This document shows positions 14,132 to 26,082 of a stretch of 64,000 nucleotides of DNA, one piece after another. The notes under the pieces were generated by a model. The model searched no databases. It saw nothing but the letters and a program-made list of their open reading frames with translations, and was not told the origin of the DNA. Numbering within the stretch: position 1 is the first letter of the stretch; every line of letters begins with the position of its first letter. The position numbers and the translations under genes are program-made. This DNA comes from Takakia lepidozioides (Eukaryota; Plantae; Bryophyta). The stretch covers positions 35,030,001-35,094,000 of the forward strand of contig CM060733.1 of NCBI GenBank assembly GCA_030704615.1, in the 5' to 3' direction.

Positions 14132-17100
14132 TCACCAGTAATCCCCACAAGAACAGACCCCGTCCTGGAAGTGGTGAAAGCGGTTGGAATCACGCAGAAC
14201 AACTGTGCGCCCAACCATCTTCGATATGAACTTGGTGGCTGTGTGGCAGTCACCACACACACGAAGGTTTTTGATGATGCGGATGGGTGTCCCAGGGGCA
14301 GTGCTAATCAGCCCAAAAGCAATCGCCAGCTTCTCACTGTGGTGGGAAAGAGAAGATTCCTTCTGCTGCTCCTCCACATCATGCAGTACGAAGCGTGTGT
14401 CCGGCTTGTACCCAGCCTCCTTCATCCGACGGGACAATCTCTTCAACTCAGCATGAATTTCCTCAAGTTGTGGATGCAAGTTATCTTCTACAACGAATGT
14501 ATGCACCCGGCTGTCCACCTCAATCCAGCTGCGCCCCGGTTCCTTTCTAACACCCCTGCCCTGCATCATTTGTCTCACCTTTGCTGTATCGTCCCACCTA
14601 CCAGCAGCCGCATAGATGTTCGATAGCAGCACATAAGTTGGAGCATGCTGTGGATCCCATTTGAGAAGGTGTTTTGCCGCAAGTTCTGCTACCTCCACAT
14701 TGCCATGAATTTTGCAGGCACCAAGCAATGTGCCCCATACCACAGCATCAGGTTCGATTGGCATTTTGTTAATGAAGTCCTCTGCCTCACGGAATCGTCC
14801 TGCACGAGCAAGAAGGTCCACCATGCAGCCAAAATGTGCCAATGTAGAAATGAGGCCATGCTCTTCACTCATTGAATCAAAGTAGTGACGGCCTTCATCC
14901 ACCAGGCCCACATGGCTGCATGCAGACAGAACACATATAAATGTGATACCATTTGGCTTCCAGCCTTCCTGTTGCATTTGCCCAAATAGTTGCAGGGCCT
15001 CCATACTGAAACCATGCTGGGCATATCCTGCAATCATGGCATTCCATGAGACAGCATCTCGATCAACCATATTGTCAAAGACTTGTCGTGCATCCTTTAC
15101 GCTCCCACATTTCGCATACATGTCAGCTAGGGTATTCTCCAACATCAGATCTGACCCAATTTCGGCTTTGATGATGTCAACATGGACCTCTTTGCCCTTT
15201 TCCAGGGCTGCTAGGCTGGCACATGCATTAAGAACACAAATGAATGTGACTTTGTTTGGGGCTATCCCTTCTCGTAGCATTTGCTCATACATCTCCAAAG
15301 CCTCCATACCACACCTATGTTGAGCAAATCCTGCGATCATTGCACTCCATGAGACCACATTTCGTTGAGCCATATTCTCGAACACTTGACGTGCGTCCTT
15401 CATGCTCCCACATTTAGCATACATGTTAACAAGAGTATTCTCTAAATTAATATATGACCCAATTCCAGCCTTGATGATGTTAGAATGGACCTCTTTGCCC
15501 TTCTCCAAGGCTGCCTGGCTGGCACAGGCATTGAGAATGCAGATGAATGTGACTTTGTTGGGGTTCACCCCTTCCTGTCTCATTTCCTCATACATTTCAA
15601 AGGCCTCCACAACACACCCATGCTGAGCATATCCTGCGATTAGGGAGTTCCATGAGACCACATCTTGTTCAGCAATCTTGTCAAACACTTCACGTGCGTC
15701 CTTCATACTCCCACATTTGGCATACATGTTAACAAGGGTATTCTCCAGAACAATATCTGGTTCAATTCCAGCTTTCATGATCTCAGCATGGACCTGTTTG
15801 CCCTTTTCCAGGGCTCCTAAGCTGGAACAAGCCTTCAGAACTGAAGTGAAGGTGATGTTGTTGGGTGTCACCCCTTTCTTTATCATTTGCTTGTACATCT
15901 CCAAAGACTCCATACCATTTCCTTGCTGGGCATATCCTGCAATCATAGCACTCCATGAGACGATATTTTGTTGAGCCATATTGTCAAACACTTGATGTGC
16001 ATCCTTCATGTACCCACACTTGGCATACATGTCTACAAGGGCAGTCTCCAGCATGATATCTGGCGCAATTCCAGCTTTGATGATGTCAGCATGCACCTCT
16101 TTGCATTTTTCCAGGGCTGCAAGGCTGCCACATGCATTGAGAACAGAAAGAAATGTGCCTTTGTCTGGCGTCAACCCTTCCTGTATCATTTGCTCATAGA
16201 TATCCAAAGCCTCCATACCACAATCATGCCGAGCATATCCTGCAATTATCGCACTCCAAGAGACCACATCTCGTTCAGCCATATTGTCAAACACTCGACG
16301 AGCATCTTTCATGTTCCCGCATTTGGCATACATGTCCACAAGGGCAGTCTCCAGAATGATATCTGGTCGAATTCCAGCTTCAATGATGTCAGAGTGAACC
16401 TCCTGGCCCTTTTCCAGGGCTGCCAGACTGGCACACGCACTGAGAACCGAAATGAACGTGACTTTGTTGGGTGTCATTTCTTCCCGCATCATTTGCTCAT
16501 ACATCTCGAAAGCCTCCCTTCCACACCCATCCTGAGAATAGCCTGCGATTATTGCACTCCATGAGATCACATTTCGTTGTGCCATGCTGTCAAACACTTT
16601 ACGCGCGTTGCTCATGCTCCCACATTTGGCATACATACTCACAAGGGCAGTCTCCAGAATGATATCCGGCGGGATTCCAGCTTTGATGATGTCAGCATGG
16701 ACCTCTTTGCCCTTTTGCAGGGCTGCCAGGCTAGCACACGCATTGAGAATACATACGAAGGTGACCTTGTTGGGTGTCAGCCCTTCACATTTCATTTGCT
16801 CATAGATCTTGAAAGCCTCTATGCCACACCCATGCTCAGCATATCCAGCAATCATTGTACTCCATGAGACCACATCTCGTTCAGTCATTTTGTCAAACAC
16901 TCGGCGTGCATCCTTCATGCTCCCGCATTTGGCATACATGGCAGAAAGGGCAGTCTCCAGATTGATATCTTGCATAATGCCAGCTTTGATGATCTCAGCA
17001 TGAACCTCCTTGCCCCTTTCCAGGACCCCCAGGCTGGCACATGCCTTAAGAATGCAAATGTACGTGACTTTGTTGGGCTTTATCTCTTCCAGTATCATTT

Positions 17101-17581
17101 GCTGATAGATCATCAAAGCCTCCTTACCACACCCATGCTTCGCATATCCTGCCATCATTATAGTCCATGTATACACATCTCGTTCAGGCATTTCGTCAAA
17201 CACTAGGCGTGCATCCACCATGCTTCCACACTTGGCATACATGTTCAGAAGAGTCTTCAGTAGGAAGATGCTTGGCTTGAATCCACTTTGAATAATGTGG
17301 GCATGCACTTGCTTTCCCTCGGCTAGGCCTTGCTTGTTGATGCACTCCTGCAAGAGACAAACATAACCATCCGAGTCTGGCAAAATCCCTCGTTGGTTCA
17401 AAATGTGAAGGGCCTCTTTCAGTTGTCCTGCCAAACACAGAGTCCTTACTTGAGTCCATTCAGCTTGCCCTTGAGTCATGGCAAGTAGTTTTTCTTTCAC
17501 CCAGGAAGGGTTCAACCAATCCTCAACCCAAAGGGCTTCCTTTGTCTGTTTATGTCGGAAGTCTGGCGATCTTGGACTTTT
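14132..17581 (-). CDS. Intact PLS-E1-E2-DYW pentatricopeptide protein (organellar C-to-U RNA editing factor, PG-box type)
   Basis: Uninterrupted ORF of ~1130 aa: L-S + 7x(P-L-S) + P2-L2-S2, E1/E2, PG box PGRSWIEV, HSEKLAIAFGLI, CGDCH and terminal CSCGDYW. The frame is open up to an AG acceptor at 17581. A phase-compatible first exon may lie at 19652-19500 (low confidence). Confidence 0.95.
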   Translation of the reverse strand, partial: KSPRSPDFRHKQTKEALWVEDWLNPSWVKEKLLAMTQGQAEWTQVRTLCLAGQLKEALHILNQRGILPDSDGYVCLLQECINKQGLAEGKQVHAHIIQSGFKPSIFLLKTLLNMYAKCGSMVDARLVFDEMPERDVYTWTIMMAGYAKHGCGKEALMIYQQMILEEIKPNKVTYICILKACASLGVLERGKEVHAEIIKAGIMQDINLETALSAMYAKCGSMKDARRVFDKMTERDVVSWSTMIAGYAEHGCGIEAFKIYEQMKCEGLTPNKVTFVCILNACASLAALQKGKEVHADIIKAGIPPDIILETALVSMYAKCGSMSNARKVFDSMAQRNVISWSAIIAGYSQDGCGREAFEMYEQMMREEMTPNKVTFISVLSACASLAALEKGQEVHSDIIEAGIRPDIILETALVDMYAKCGNMKDARRVFDNMAERDVVSWSAIIAGYARHDCGMEALDIYEQMIQEGLTPDKGTFLSVLNACGSLAALEKCKEVHADIIKAGIAPDIMLETALVDMYAKCGYMKDAHQVFDNMAQQNIVSWSAMIAGYAQQGNGMESLEMYKQMIKKGVTPNNITFTSVLKACSSLGALEKGKQVHAEIMKAGIEPDIVLENTLVNMYAKCGSMKDAREVFDKIAEQDVVSWNSLIAGYAQHGCVVEAFEMYEEMRQEGVNPNKVTFICILNACASQAALEKGKEVHSNIIKAGIGSYINLENTLVNMYAKCGSMKDARQVFENMAQRNVVSWSAMIAGFAQHRCGMEALEMYEQMLREGIAPNKVTFICVLNACASLAALEKGKEVHVDIIKAEIGSDLMLENTLADMYAKCGSVKDARQVFDNMVDRDAVSWNAMIAGYAQHGFSMEALQLFGQMQQEGWKPNGITFICVLSACSHVGLVDEGRHYFDSMSEEHGLISTLAHFGCMVDLLARAGRFREAEDFINKMPIEPDAVVWGTLLGACKIHGNVEVAELAAKHLLKWDPQHAPTYVLLSNIYAAAGRWDDTAKVRQMMQGRGVRKEPGRSWIEVDSRVHTFVVEDNLHPQLEEIHAELKRLSRRMKEAGYKPDTRFVLHDVEEQQKESSLSHHSEKLAIAFGLISTAPGTPIRIIKNLRVCGDCHTATKFISKMVGRTVVLRDSNRFHHFQDGVCSCGDYW

Positions 17582-17899
17582 CTGTCAGAATCATCCATAA
17601 GCAGCTAAGCAAGAAGTTATAGCCACATGGACAGTCTCATATACAGACCAGGCTACAATGATCAAAGCTCCAAGCCTAACAGCCATCAACCTCAAGCAGC
17701 CTTTCTCATCGACTGATAACAAGGGAGAACAACCACCTGGTAGAAACAGTAAGAACCAAACTTCGCTACTTTTTGAACCATGAGCAAAATTGTCACTAAT
17801 CTAATCTCCGCAGATCAACCAAGTCCACACAACACCATCATGCCTTCATTGACATACTCTATCATGTCCTAAATTGCCTCACCTTACCTAACCTGTTGT

Positions 17900-19220
17900 C
17901 CCACCATTGTGAAGGATCTGAGAAGAATTCCTGCCAGAGCCGTTCTTGGGCCATCCCTTGGGCTGCGGGGAAAACCACTTAAACACAGATCTTTAGCCTC
18001 ATTGTCTGTCTTATTGCAGAAAGCTTTCCATTCTCTCTCTCTCCAGGCGTCAGCTCCTGACAAGGGTAGTTTCTGTCTCTTTGTGTTCCGCTCAAACTCG
18101 GCGTGGGGTCAATGGCCACAAGGCTACAGCAAACAGCATCTTACGAGTACATTCTCTCCATATTCTCACGCCCTATTGGGGTCTAATTGCTGTGCAGCTC
18201 ACACAGAGCAAGTTGATGCTTGTCGCGGAAGAAAAGGGAACAGCTACTACCTTTGTGAGGGGCTTGTTTGACTTACCACGATAAAGACTATTAATTCGGT
18301 TCTCCAGATATCCTCTAGAAAGCACTTCCAAACTGGGCGTTGGGGTCTATGGCCGCAAGGCTATGGTATCTTGTGAGTACAATCTCTAATACTTTTCTTC
18401 GCCGTCCAAACTGCGTGTGGTCTGGCGACAAGGCTACAGCAAACAACGTCTTATGAGCTGGTTTCCAGAACCTAAGCTGTCCAAGCTCTGAGCTCTAAGA
18501 TCAAGTTTCCTATAAACCATATGTGTGGTAATTTTGCAATGACCTGACAGAGATGTTGTTTGAAAACAATTACAATACAATGCTGGTTGACATAGCAGTA
18601 ATCTGCATTTACACAGAGCTATCTCCAACTCTCTATCATGGTGCAGTGTAGCATTCCATGAAAAACCATGAAGCATTCTGCCTACCTCTGTGACAAGTCT
18701 AAGATGGGAGGGAAACCTGTACTTGATCATATACAGGTACACCACCACCCACCCCGATCACATCTATGGATATGGAGTCAATTCTGAGTCTGGAACAAGA
18801 GGAAATGTGATGGTGCCTTCCTTGAAGGCTGTTGTTGTCTACAATTTTTTTATCTAAGTCTGGAATAGACAGATTCTTTCTTGTCAAGACAGAACAAGCC
18901 TTCTCTCTCTCTCAGAGAACGACCATCTTCAGGACCATCATGAACATAGTCCCTGCACCTCTGTTCACCAACTTTCAAAATCTCGAGGGTGAGACGAAGG
19001 CCTTGGCCCTTGTTGGGGTCTAATTGCTGGCCATCTCACTTGTGTGAAGCGCTTTTCAGAGAAAAATCTGGAAAGCCCGAACTAATTGTTTATACCAAGG
19101 TAAGTCCATCTACAGAGTGAGCCCCTCACAAACGTCGTGTCAGTTTCCTTGTTCCTCCCAAACTGGGTGCGAGGTCCATGGCCACAAGTCTAAGGTAAAC
19201 AACGTCTTATGAGTCTCTCT
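17900..19220. mobile_element. Degenerate L1-like LINE relic with internal partial duplications; a related copy lies inverted at ~59140-59470
   Basis: The segment ggggtc(a/t)atggccacaaggcta..gcaaac(a)gcatctta(c/t)gagt occurs at ~18105, 18340, 18425 and 19170, and as a reverse complement at ~59140-59190. The translation has an RPxxG-LG-like motif typical of the L1 RT C-terminal region. Heavily decayed. Confidence 0.5.
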
Positions 19221-20377
19221 CCTCTCTCTCGGAATGACTGGAAAAACGAGGAAGAAACATTGAAGGAGCTGATAAGAGGAGGATGAAGAGTGTCCATAAC
19301 ACTCCTGTATGACCATCACGAGAACTTCGACGACCTAGACAGTTCTAGTTTCTGCTGGAGTGGAGCGTGGATCGCTCCAACGCAACCAATTGAGAAACCA
19401 ATAGACAGAAGTTTACAGCTCAATACCTTTTCCCCTTATCCCTGGAGGCTGGGTAGGCATCACAGCCATCATTCGGGTAGGTCTGGGGGCCGGCATTACC
19501 AAATTGGGTAGCCATTTCATCTCCACAGCCTGGCTGCTTGATCTGTTGCATAATGTGAGGTTCCCCTTCCGCCCAATCCAGGGAGAGCAAAGGGTACTGC
19601 GTATGGAATCTCCTTGCACGGCAGAGCGCGCTGCCCTCTCTGTGCCTGTCATGCTCCATAGCACTTCTGGGACCGCTTGCTGGGCAATGTCTACCACTGA
19701 TGCATCTTGCAAGTCCAGATTCACACAAGTATCAAGCTACCCTGCACAAGCACTGCGAATCGGTTATCGTAGTCTTTGCATCAGTACACGAGCATCATGT
19801 GCGGACCAGATCTCCGCCATTGGGGGTGGGTGCACTGTGCCCTCGCATGTTGTATTTGCAATTTGGCTGTATGACCCCAAAGAGAGAGGAGAGTTGAGGA
19901 ACGTGCTGACTACTTTCTGCCACAGAAACAGAGAAACAAAGCCTCGTGACAAAGCTACAAATGAAGGTACTACCTTGTTCCAGGGTGGACAGCCTTCAGC
20001 ATTCCAGTATCTATGTACTTTGACTAAAGAAGTACTGGGGATGCCAAAGATCTGCAGCCATAGAGTTTTGCACAATACATAACGTTTTCCTTCGAATGAG
20101 AATCTTGCGATGGTGCCATCATTCTCATAGGCAATGAAAGACTAAGCTTTACATTTTAGATTAGCTGGTAGTGGTCAGAGAGAATACAGCTAACTGGCCT
20201 TGAATAGACCAAGCAAGCAGAACCACAACACAAAGTAAATCAGACAATTAGGGCAAGAAAGGAAAAGAGCAACTCAATGCACAGAAGTTGCTTCTGTAGT
20301 GCGTCTCTCTTTGAAGCAGCACCAATCATTTTTAAATCATCCAGTCAACCATTGAAATAGAAACAAATATATCAAAT

Positions 20378-23300
20378 TCAGGTATTGTCCGGCTGGATAT
20401 CCTTCAGCAAACCAACAATCTGCTGCATTGTTGGCCGCTTAGCAGGTAGCTCAGCTGTGCAGAGATAGCCTAATCTGAGGGTCTCCAACATCTCTGTTGC
20501 TGCTCCACTGTTCACGAGTTTGGGATCCAAGGCTTTGTTCCCTCGCTTCTCTCGTATCAAAGAACGGGCCCAACCAACCAAATTCCCACCACAGCTGTCA
20601 TGGAAGTAATGCCCAGTTGGCCTCCTCCCAGTTACCAACTCTAACAAGACAACACCAAAGCTGTAAACATCACCCCTCGTTGTGGCCTTCCACATCTGGC
20701 CATACTCCGGAGGTACATACCCAAGGGTCCCTCCAATAACAGGGGTCTCAAAACGCTTATCAGTGTCTACCAGGCCAGCTAAGCCACAATCACACAAATG
20801 CGCTTCAAACTGAGAATCCAACAGGATGTTGCTGGCCTTGACATCTCGGTGAACTATTTGGGGAGAGCACCCATGGTGCAAAAATGCAAGTGCACGTGCT
20901 GTTCCGAGTGCAATGCGATGACGGGTAGCCCAACTCAGATGGTCGTTGCCTACAATTTCACCCTCTGCGTGTTCCCATGTGTCCCTGCTCCAGTCCTCTG
21001 GGTTGTGCGTCCCTACAGAGGAGTCATTAACAAAAAATGAATAAGTGATGTCACCAAACAGACCCCCTCAGAGGAGGGTGATTGAGCTGGGGTCACTCTG
21101 ATGGACCAATACCAGCTTAAAAATACATAGCCATACCAATAACTAGGAGTTCATTGCCTTGTAAACATGAGCTGGAGCTTGTGGCTGGTTAATCTCATGC
21201 AAGACTGTCAAACCACAGTGGTATTTACAACTACCTGTTAAAATGCTTCAGCACAATCTCAAACTAAATATCAGCAGACATTTTCCAAATGTAAGCAGCT
21301 AGCTACTCGTCTGCATGTTTCAACTTTCCAGTACTTGTCATGACTATAGATGCACTTCCAGCTTCACATATTCATACACACAGGAGTATATGATGAGCCT
21401 AAAAGAGCCTAAAAGAAAGAGTGACATGGTCTTGAAAACTTGCTTTGGCCTGGCAGAAGAGAGCCTCAGGATTTATGCTCCAAACCCCCACATACACTCT
21501 TGACAGCAGCTCACCTCATGTACTTAGGGCTTAAAGAGGTCTATTAGTTTGAGAAGCATCCCTACCTGTCCAAATTGCACTGCTCAAACAAGGATACAAT
21601 TTGGGTGTGCCAGACAAACAACAGCTATCCACTCAAGGCACCTCCACTGTCAAGCACAGGGTGGTTTGTATATGAGGACCCAACATGACAAAGGAAACCA
21701 CTCCATACCTTCAGGGAGTTCATGGAGACGCCGACATAAGTCCCCATTGTTCATGAACTCGTAGACCAGAAGCCTCTCATCCCCCACCAAGCAATACCCT
21801 AGCAAAGGCACCAGATTTGGGTGCTTCACCTTCCCCAGTGCCTCCAACTGGGCCGCTTTCTCATACTCATTGGAAGGGCCGCCTTCAAACAAGACCTTGA
21901 CAACAATTTGGAACCCACCAGGCAGTATCCCCTTGTAAATTGGGCCATATCCCCCATCTGCAATCTGTGTGTCCTTATGAAAGTTGGAAGTTGCCAACAA
22001 AAGATCCGCAAATGTAAGATTCAGCAGCGGCTTTTCAAACATGATGACAGGGATGGCTCCAGGGTCTCGGACACCGGATGCCCACATGCTTGGGTCTGTT
22101 TCAAATGACATTGGAGCTGACAGATACTTCGACACCTCTTTTGGAGGAAGCTTTTTTGTCCTCGTCTTCCGGCACAAAATCAGTTTTGCAAGAAGCAAAC
22201 ACAGCACTACCACACCCCCCACCACGATGCCTACTATCATAGACACATGCCTGTGTGCTGAAGACTTCGAACTTCTACTGCTGGTAGAAATGAAGGGGAT
22301 ATGAGCATTTGGTACAGGTGCAGGTGCAGACGTGGGCACAGGCGCTGTCAACTTAGGGCATGTCCTATTTACTGCTATCCCACAGAGCTGTGGATTGGCC
22401 CAGAATGACGATTCACCAAAAGTCTCCAGCTGATTCGTTGTCGGCACAGGCCCACTCAGATTGTTGTATGAAAGATTCATATGATTGAGGAATGTGAGCG
22501 AACCCAGTTCGGAAGGTATCCCACCACTGAGATCATTATACGAGAGGTCAAGATACAGAAGTTTCGTCATGTTTGCAAGTGCATCTGGGATGCTCCCATC
22601 CAAATGGTTGTGGGACAAATCCAGCTGCATCAAGCTTTTGAGGGATCCAATGGAACTAGGGATAGGGCCTGCAATATTGCAAGATGAGATATTGAGGTAC
22701 ATGAGACTCACCATAAGGCCAATCTGTGGAAAGGTTCCGCGTGAAAATGAATTTCCAGAGAGCCCTAAATGCATTAGTACCCGTAGGCTACCAAGAGTCT
22801 CTGGAATGCTCCCAGTCAGCCGATTTGACGAGAGGTCAAGCTTCTGGATTTCTCCCAAATCTCCAAGTGTCGATGGAATCCCCCCCTCAAACTGATTGCT
22901 GCGAAGGTCAATCTCTGTCAAGTGAAGACTCAAATTGCCTGGAATAGATCCAGACAGCGCATTGTTCCCGAGCCTAACAACCGACAGATTTGATTGTGCC
23001 AGCAAGCCCAAGGGGATGCTACCATTGAGAGAGTTGTTTCCACAGTCTAGCACAATGATTGTACCTTGACCCGATATAAGTGATGGTAATGGACCTGAGA
23101 ATTCATTGTCTGCAAAGGAGACATACTGCAATGCCGGAAGGTCGAAAACAGAGGAAGGGATGCTGCCATTCAACTTGTTTGATGCGAGAGAGAGGGTATG
23201 TAAACCCCCCAAGCTGCTTAAGCTGGGTAGAGGGCCATATACCAGATTTTGTGAAAGATCTAAGGAAGTAAGGGAGTGGAGTTTCGCAATGTTTACAGGG

Positions 23301-23992
23301 AACTGTCCACTGAGAAGATTTCTGCTCAAATTAAGTGTCTGCAAATTGACAAGCTTGAACATGTTGGAGGGGATAACACCAGAGAGATTGTTCGAAGAAA
23401 TGTCAAGAAACCGCAAGGTGGTGCAGTTGGCAAATGTTGCAAGCCCAGAACTGAGACAATTATGACTGAGATTCAGGGATTGGAGGCTTCCAAGCTCCCT
23501 AAGTGTCGATGGTATCCGTCCCACAAGCCCATTGCTGGAAATGTCAAGCACTCGGAGCTGAATCAAGTTGCCGATGGATGATGGCAAGGAGCCGTTGAAT
23601 CTGTTCATGGGAAGGAGAAGCTTAGCTAAGCTAGACAGCTGGCCCATATCAGACGGAATTTCGCCAGTCAGTGAGTTGTTGGATAGATCAAGTGAATGCA
23701 AGGCACTCAACTTACCAATTGTACCTGGGGGAATTGTCCCATTCAAACCTACCCCGCTGATCGCTACAGCTCGAATGCGACTTCGGACACCTCTCCCAAG
23801 GCATTGGAGTCCTGGCCACTGGCAAGCAGACACTGACGAGTTATAACCCAAATTTCCAGGATCCGGCAACACTACGTTCAAAAACTTCATCAAATATTGT
23901 TGGTCATCTGCCAGTTGTTGAGACCCCACTCCATGGAATAGAAACAGAGTCCAAAGCAGCAGAGTTGCGATCCTGGCATGAAGTGCTGTCAT
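20378..23992 (-). CDS. LRR receptor-like kinase, At2g24230-like, 2 exons
   Basis: Exon 23992-21709 has a signal peptide (MTALHARIATLLLWTLFLFHG), ~18 plant LRRs, a TM segment (MIVGIVVGGVVVLCLLL) and FEKPLLNLTFADLLLATSNF. It joins in phase (G+GG) to exon 21012-20378: PEDWSRDTWE...RHRIALGTARALAFLHHGCSPQIVHRDVKASN...GYLCTAELPAKRPTMQQIVGLLKDI. Confidence 0.92.
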
Positions 23993-24994
23993 CCGTAACT
24001 CTCTGGGTCTAGCTCTGTCTGACTGTCTGAAATGCACTCTGTCTTCTTGCTCAGTCCTTTGCTGGTTGCCAGACCAGCCCTCACCCTCAATAGGGCTGCC
24101 TTGAAACTCATCATCATATCTGGTTTTGTTGACATGCTGCAACAGCTCAGCGGTAGAACTAGTCCCAGTGATGGCCATGTTGTCATGCTGCCCTTGCTCA
24201 TCTGCATTGGCTATATTAGCAGCCACCCTTCTCTGCTTCTGCCACGGCGATTGCTTGGACTCAGCCACATGATGTTCCAAGTGCTGGAATGAACTTGTTC
24301 TCCTAGCAGCCATTGGCTCAGCGCCAAGCTTTGCCGAAGAATGGGCAGGTGCTTCAAATTCATTTCCATGTTCAGCAGAAGTATCTGCTTTTTGAAGATG
24401 ACTGTTGTGTACGGACCTGCACCTCACCATGCCCCAATTCAGCAATTTCAAGAACAAGTCATTGTTTCTGTGTCAAAGCAAGTGGCCACCTCATGCTAAA
24501 CCAATTTGGCTTCAGTTTGCTAAATTATGGTAGCATTAGTTGTTTTAGGCATGAAAACATACCTGTACATACTTTCTAAGACAGCACCCTGGGAGTTATT
24601 CCTCAGTTCACTCCCATCCATGCACGTACTCGATAGCTCATCATCCAATCAAACAGAGACACCGGATCATGTCACCACCTCATGCTCTAGGGGAGCCAGG
24701 TAGGAAGTGAACCTTCTTCTCTTCACCCTAACACTCAATAGATGCAAATTTGTAGCAGCCTTACAGTTAGAGGACTCAAAACACACTCCTGAAATTCCCC
24801 AGCATCTGAGATTTTAGCCAAGGTCAGGGAGCTTACATTGATTACACTCAGCAACTCGGCGGACAAAAGTTCAAGCCATCCCTCTTCATGAAGCAACAGT
24901 AATTGATAGGTGTATGTCCCATGACATTGGATCAGAGTATTTCGTGTTCCTGAACTAATATTATGAAAATGTGAGCTCGGAGGAGTTCAGAAGT

Positions 24995-25545
24995 GTACCT
25001 GAAATCCTTGGAGACCCCTTTGAGGCTCTGAATCTCCACATATTCTAATCCCATTTCTGCTGTCAATCTGTCCCACCCATCCCAAACCAACTTTCATCCT
25101 TGTCACTGACCTGTCATGTCACCCAGCAGTGACAATCAAATTTACATCCCTCACAGCGATAGGGCCCACCCTGGGAAGAGGCTCTCATTTAAGCTTTGGC
25201 CAACGTCATCCCTCTCTCTATCTCTCACATCAAATTTGAAATTGGACCCCATCTCATTGCAAATAGATTAGGTAGAACCCTTAGACTCATCAAATGTACA
25301 CATACGGTCAGCAATCTGTGTCAGGGATTCGCTCCAGAATTACATGAATAGCATCGGCCTATCCTCCAAACAGAGACCCTCGCTTCTAAATCTCTTGGCG
25401 AATATGCATACGGAAAGGGTAGAGGGAGGTGACAAACCTGACAGGGCCGAGGAAGTGAACCAAGAGTTGTGACTCTGCCAGCAACCCATCATCCACGGAA
25501 GCGCAGCCAGCATTTGAAGCTCTCACACTGAAACCGTTCATCTAT
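24995..25545 (-). pseudogene. Duplicated fragment (exons 7-8 plus the intron between) of the cap methyltransferase gene at 1-4618
   Basis: Translates FQCESFKCWLRF/VDDGLLAESQLLVHFLGPVR and LTAEMGLEYVEIQSLKGVSKDFR, against the parent FHCYGSKYQLRFVDDSLPAQAQLLVHFPSLIR and LAAEMKLEYVEIQNLTDFYEDYR. The intron start gtttgtcacctc is shared. The first exon has a +1 frameshift and has lost its AG acceptor. Confidence 0.8.
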
Positions 25546-25980
25546 CGCATATCCATACATGAACCCTTTCGCAGCTGCCTCCCCATATGTAGTTCTCCTT
25601 CAATCCCCCGATGTTCCCAGCACGGGGAAAAAAAAATGCCTAAACAGTGGAGGCCTCCCCCTCCGTCGCAAAAGTTCACACCCAACTATCCTCTCCTGAA
25701 ACACTTCCCCTCTCCACGCCTTCACCGGGTGCCATTTAACTGACCATATAAAAAGTATCCTCTACCCGTACACGCACCACCTGAATTGCGATACATCCAT
25801 CACCATAGCCACTCCAGCGGAAACCCTTCCTCGGCACGCCAACTCCCTGACTTCCTGTAGTGCCTCCACCTAGTTTCCGCTCTACCGATGCATTCCATAT
25901 GCTCCCATGGACCCTACAACCTGTGCCCCTTCTCTGATCAACCTCTCTGTCCAGCTTCGCTCGCCATCAGTGACCCCCGA

Positions 25981-25983
<3 letters not shown>

Positions 25984-26059
<76 letters not shown>

Positions 26060-26082
26060 TCTTCTTCTTCTTCTTCTTCTCT
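25984..26082 (+). repeat. Compound microsatellite (CT)n-(CTT)n
   Basis: About 35 CT units followed directly by about 8 CTT units. Confidence 0.95.

Noticed and set aside
14060-17206. Many antisense ORFs over the PPR and LRR-kinase genes
   Set aside because: They are shadow ORFs of repetitive coding sequence with no independent motifs.
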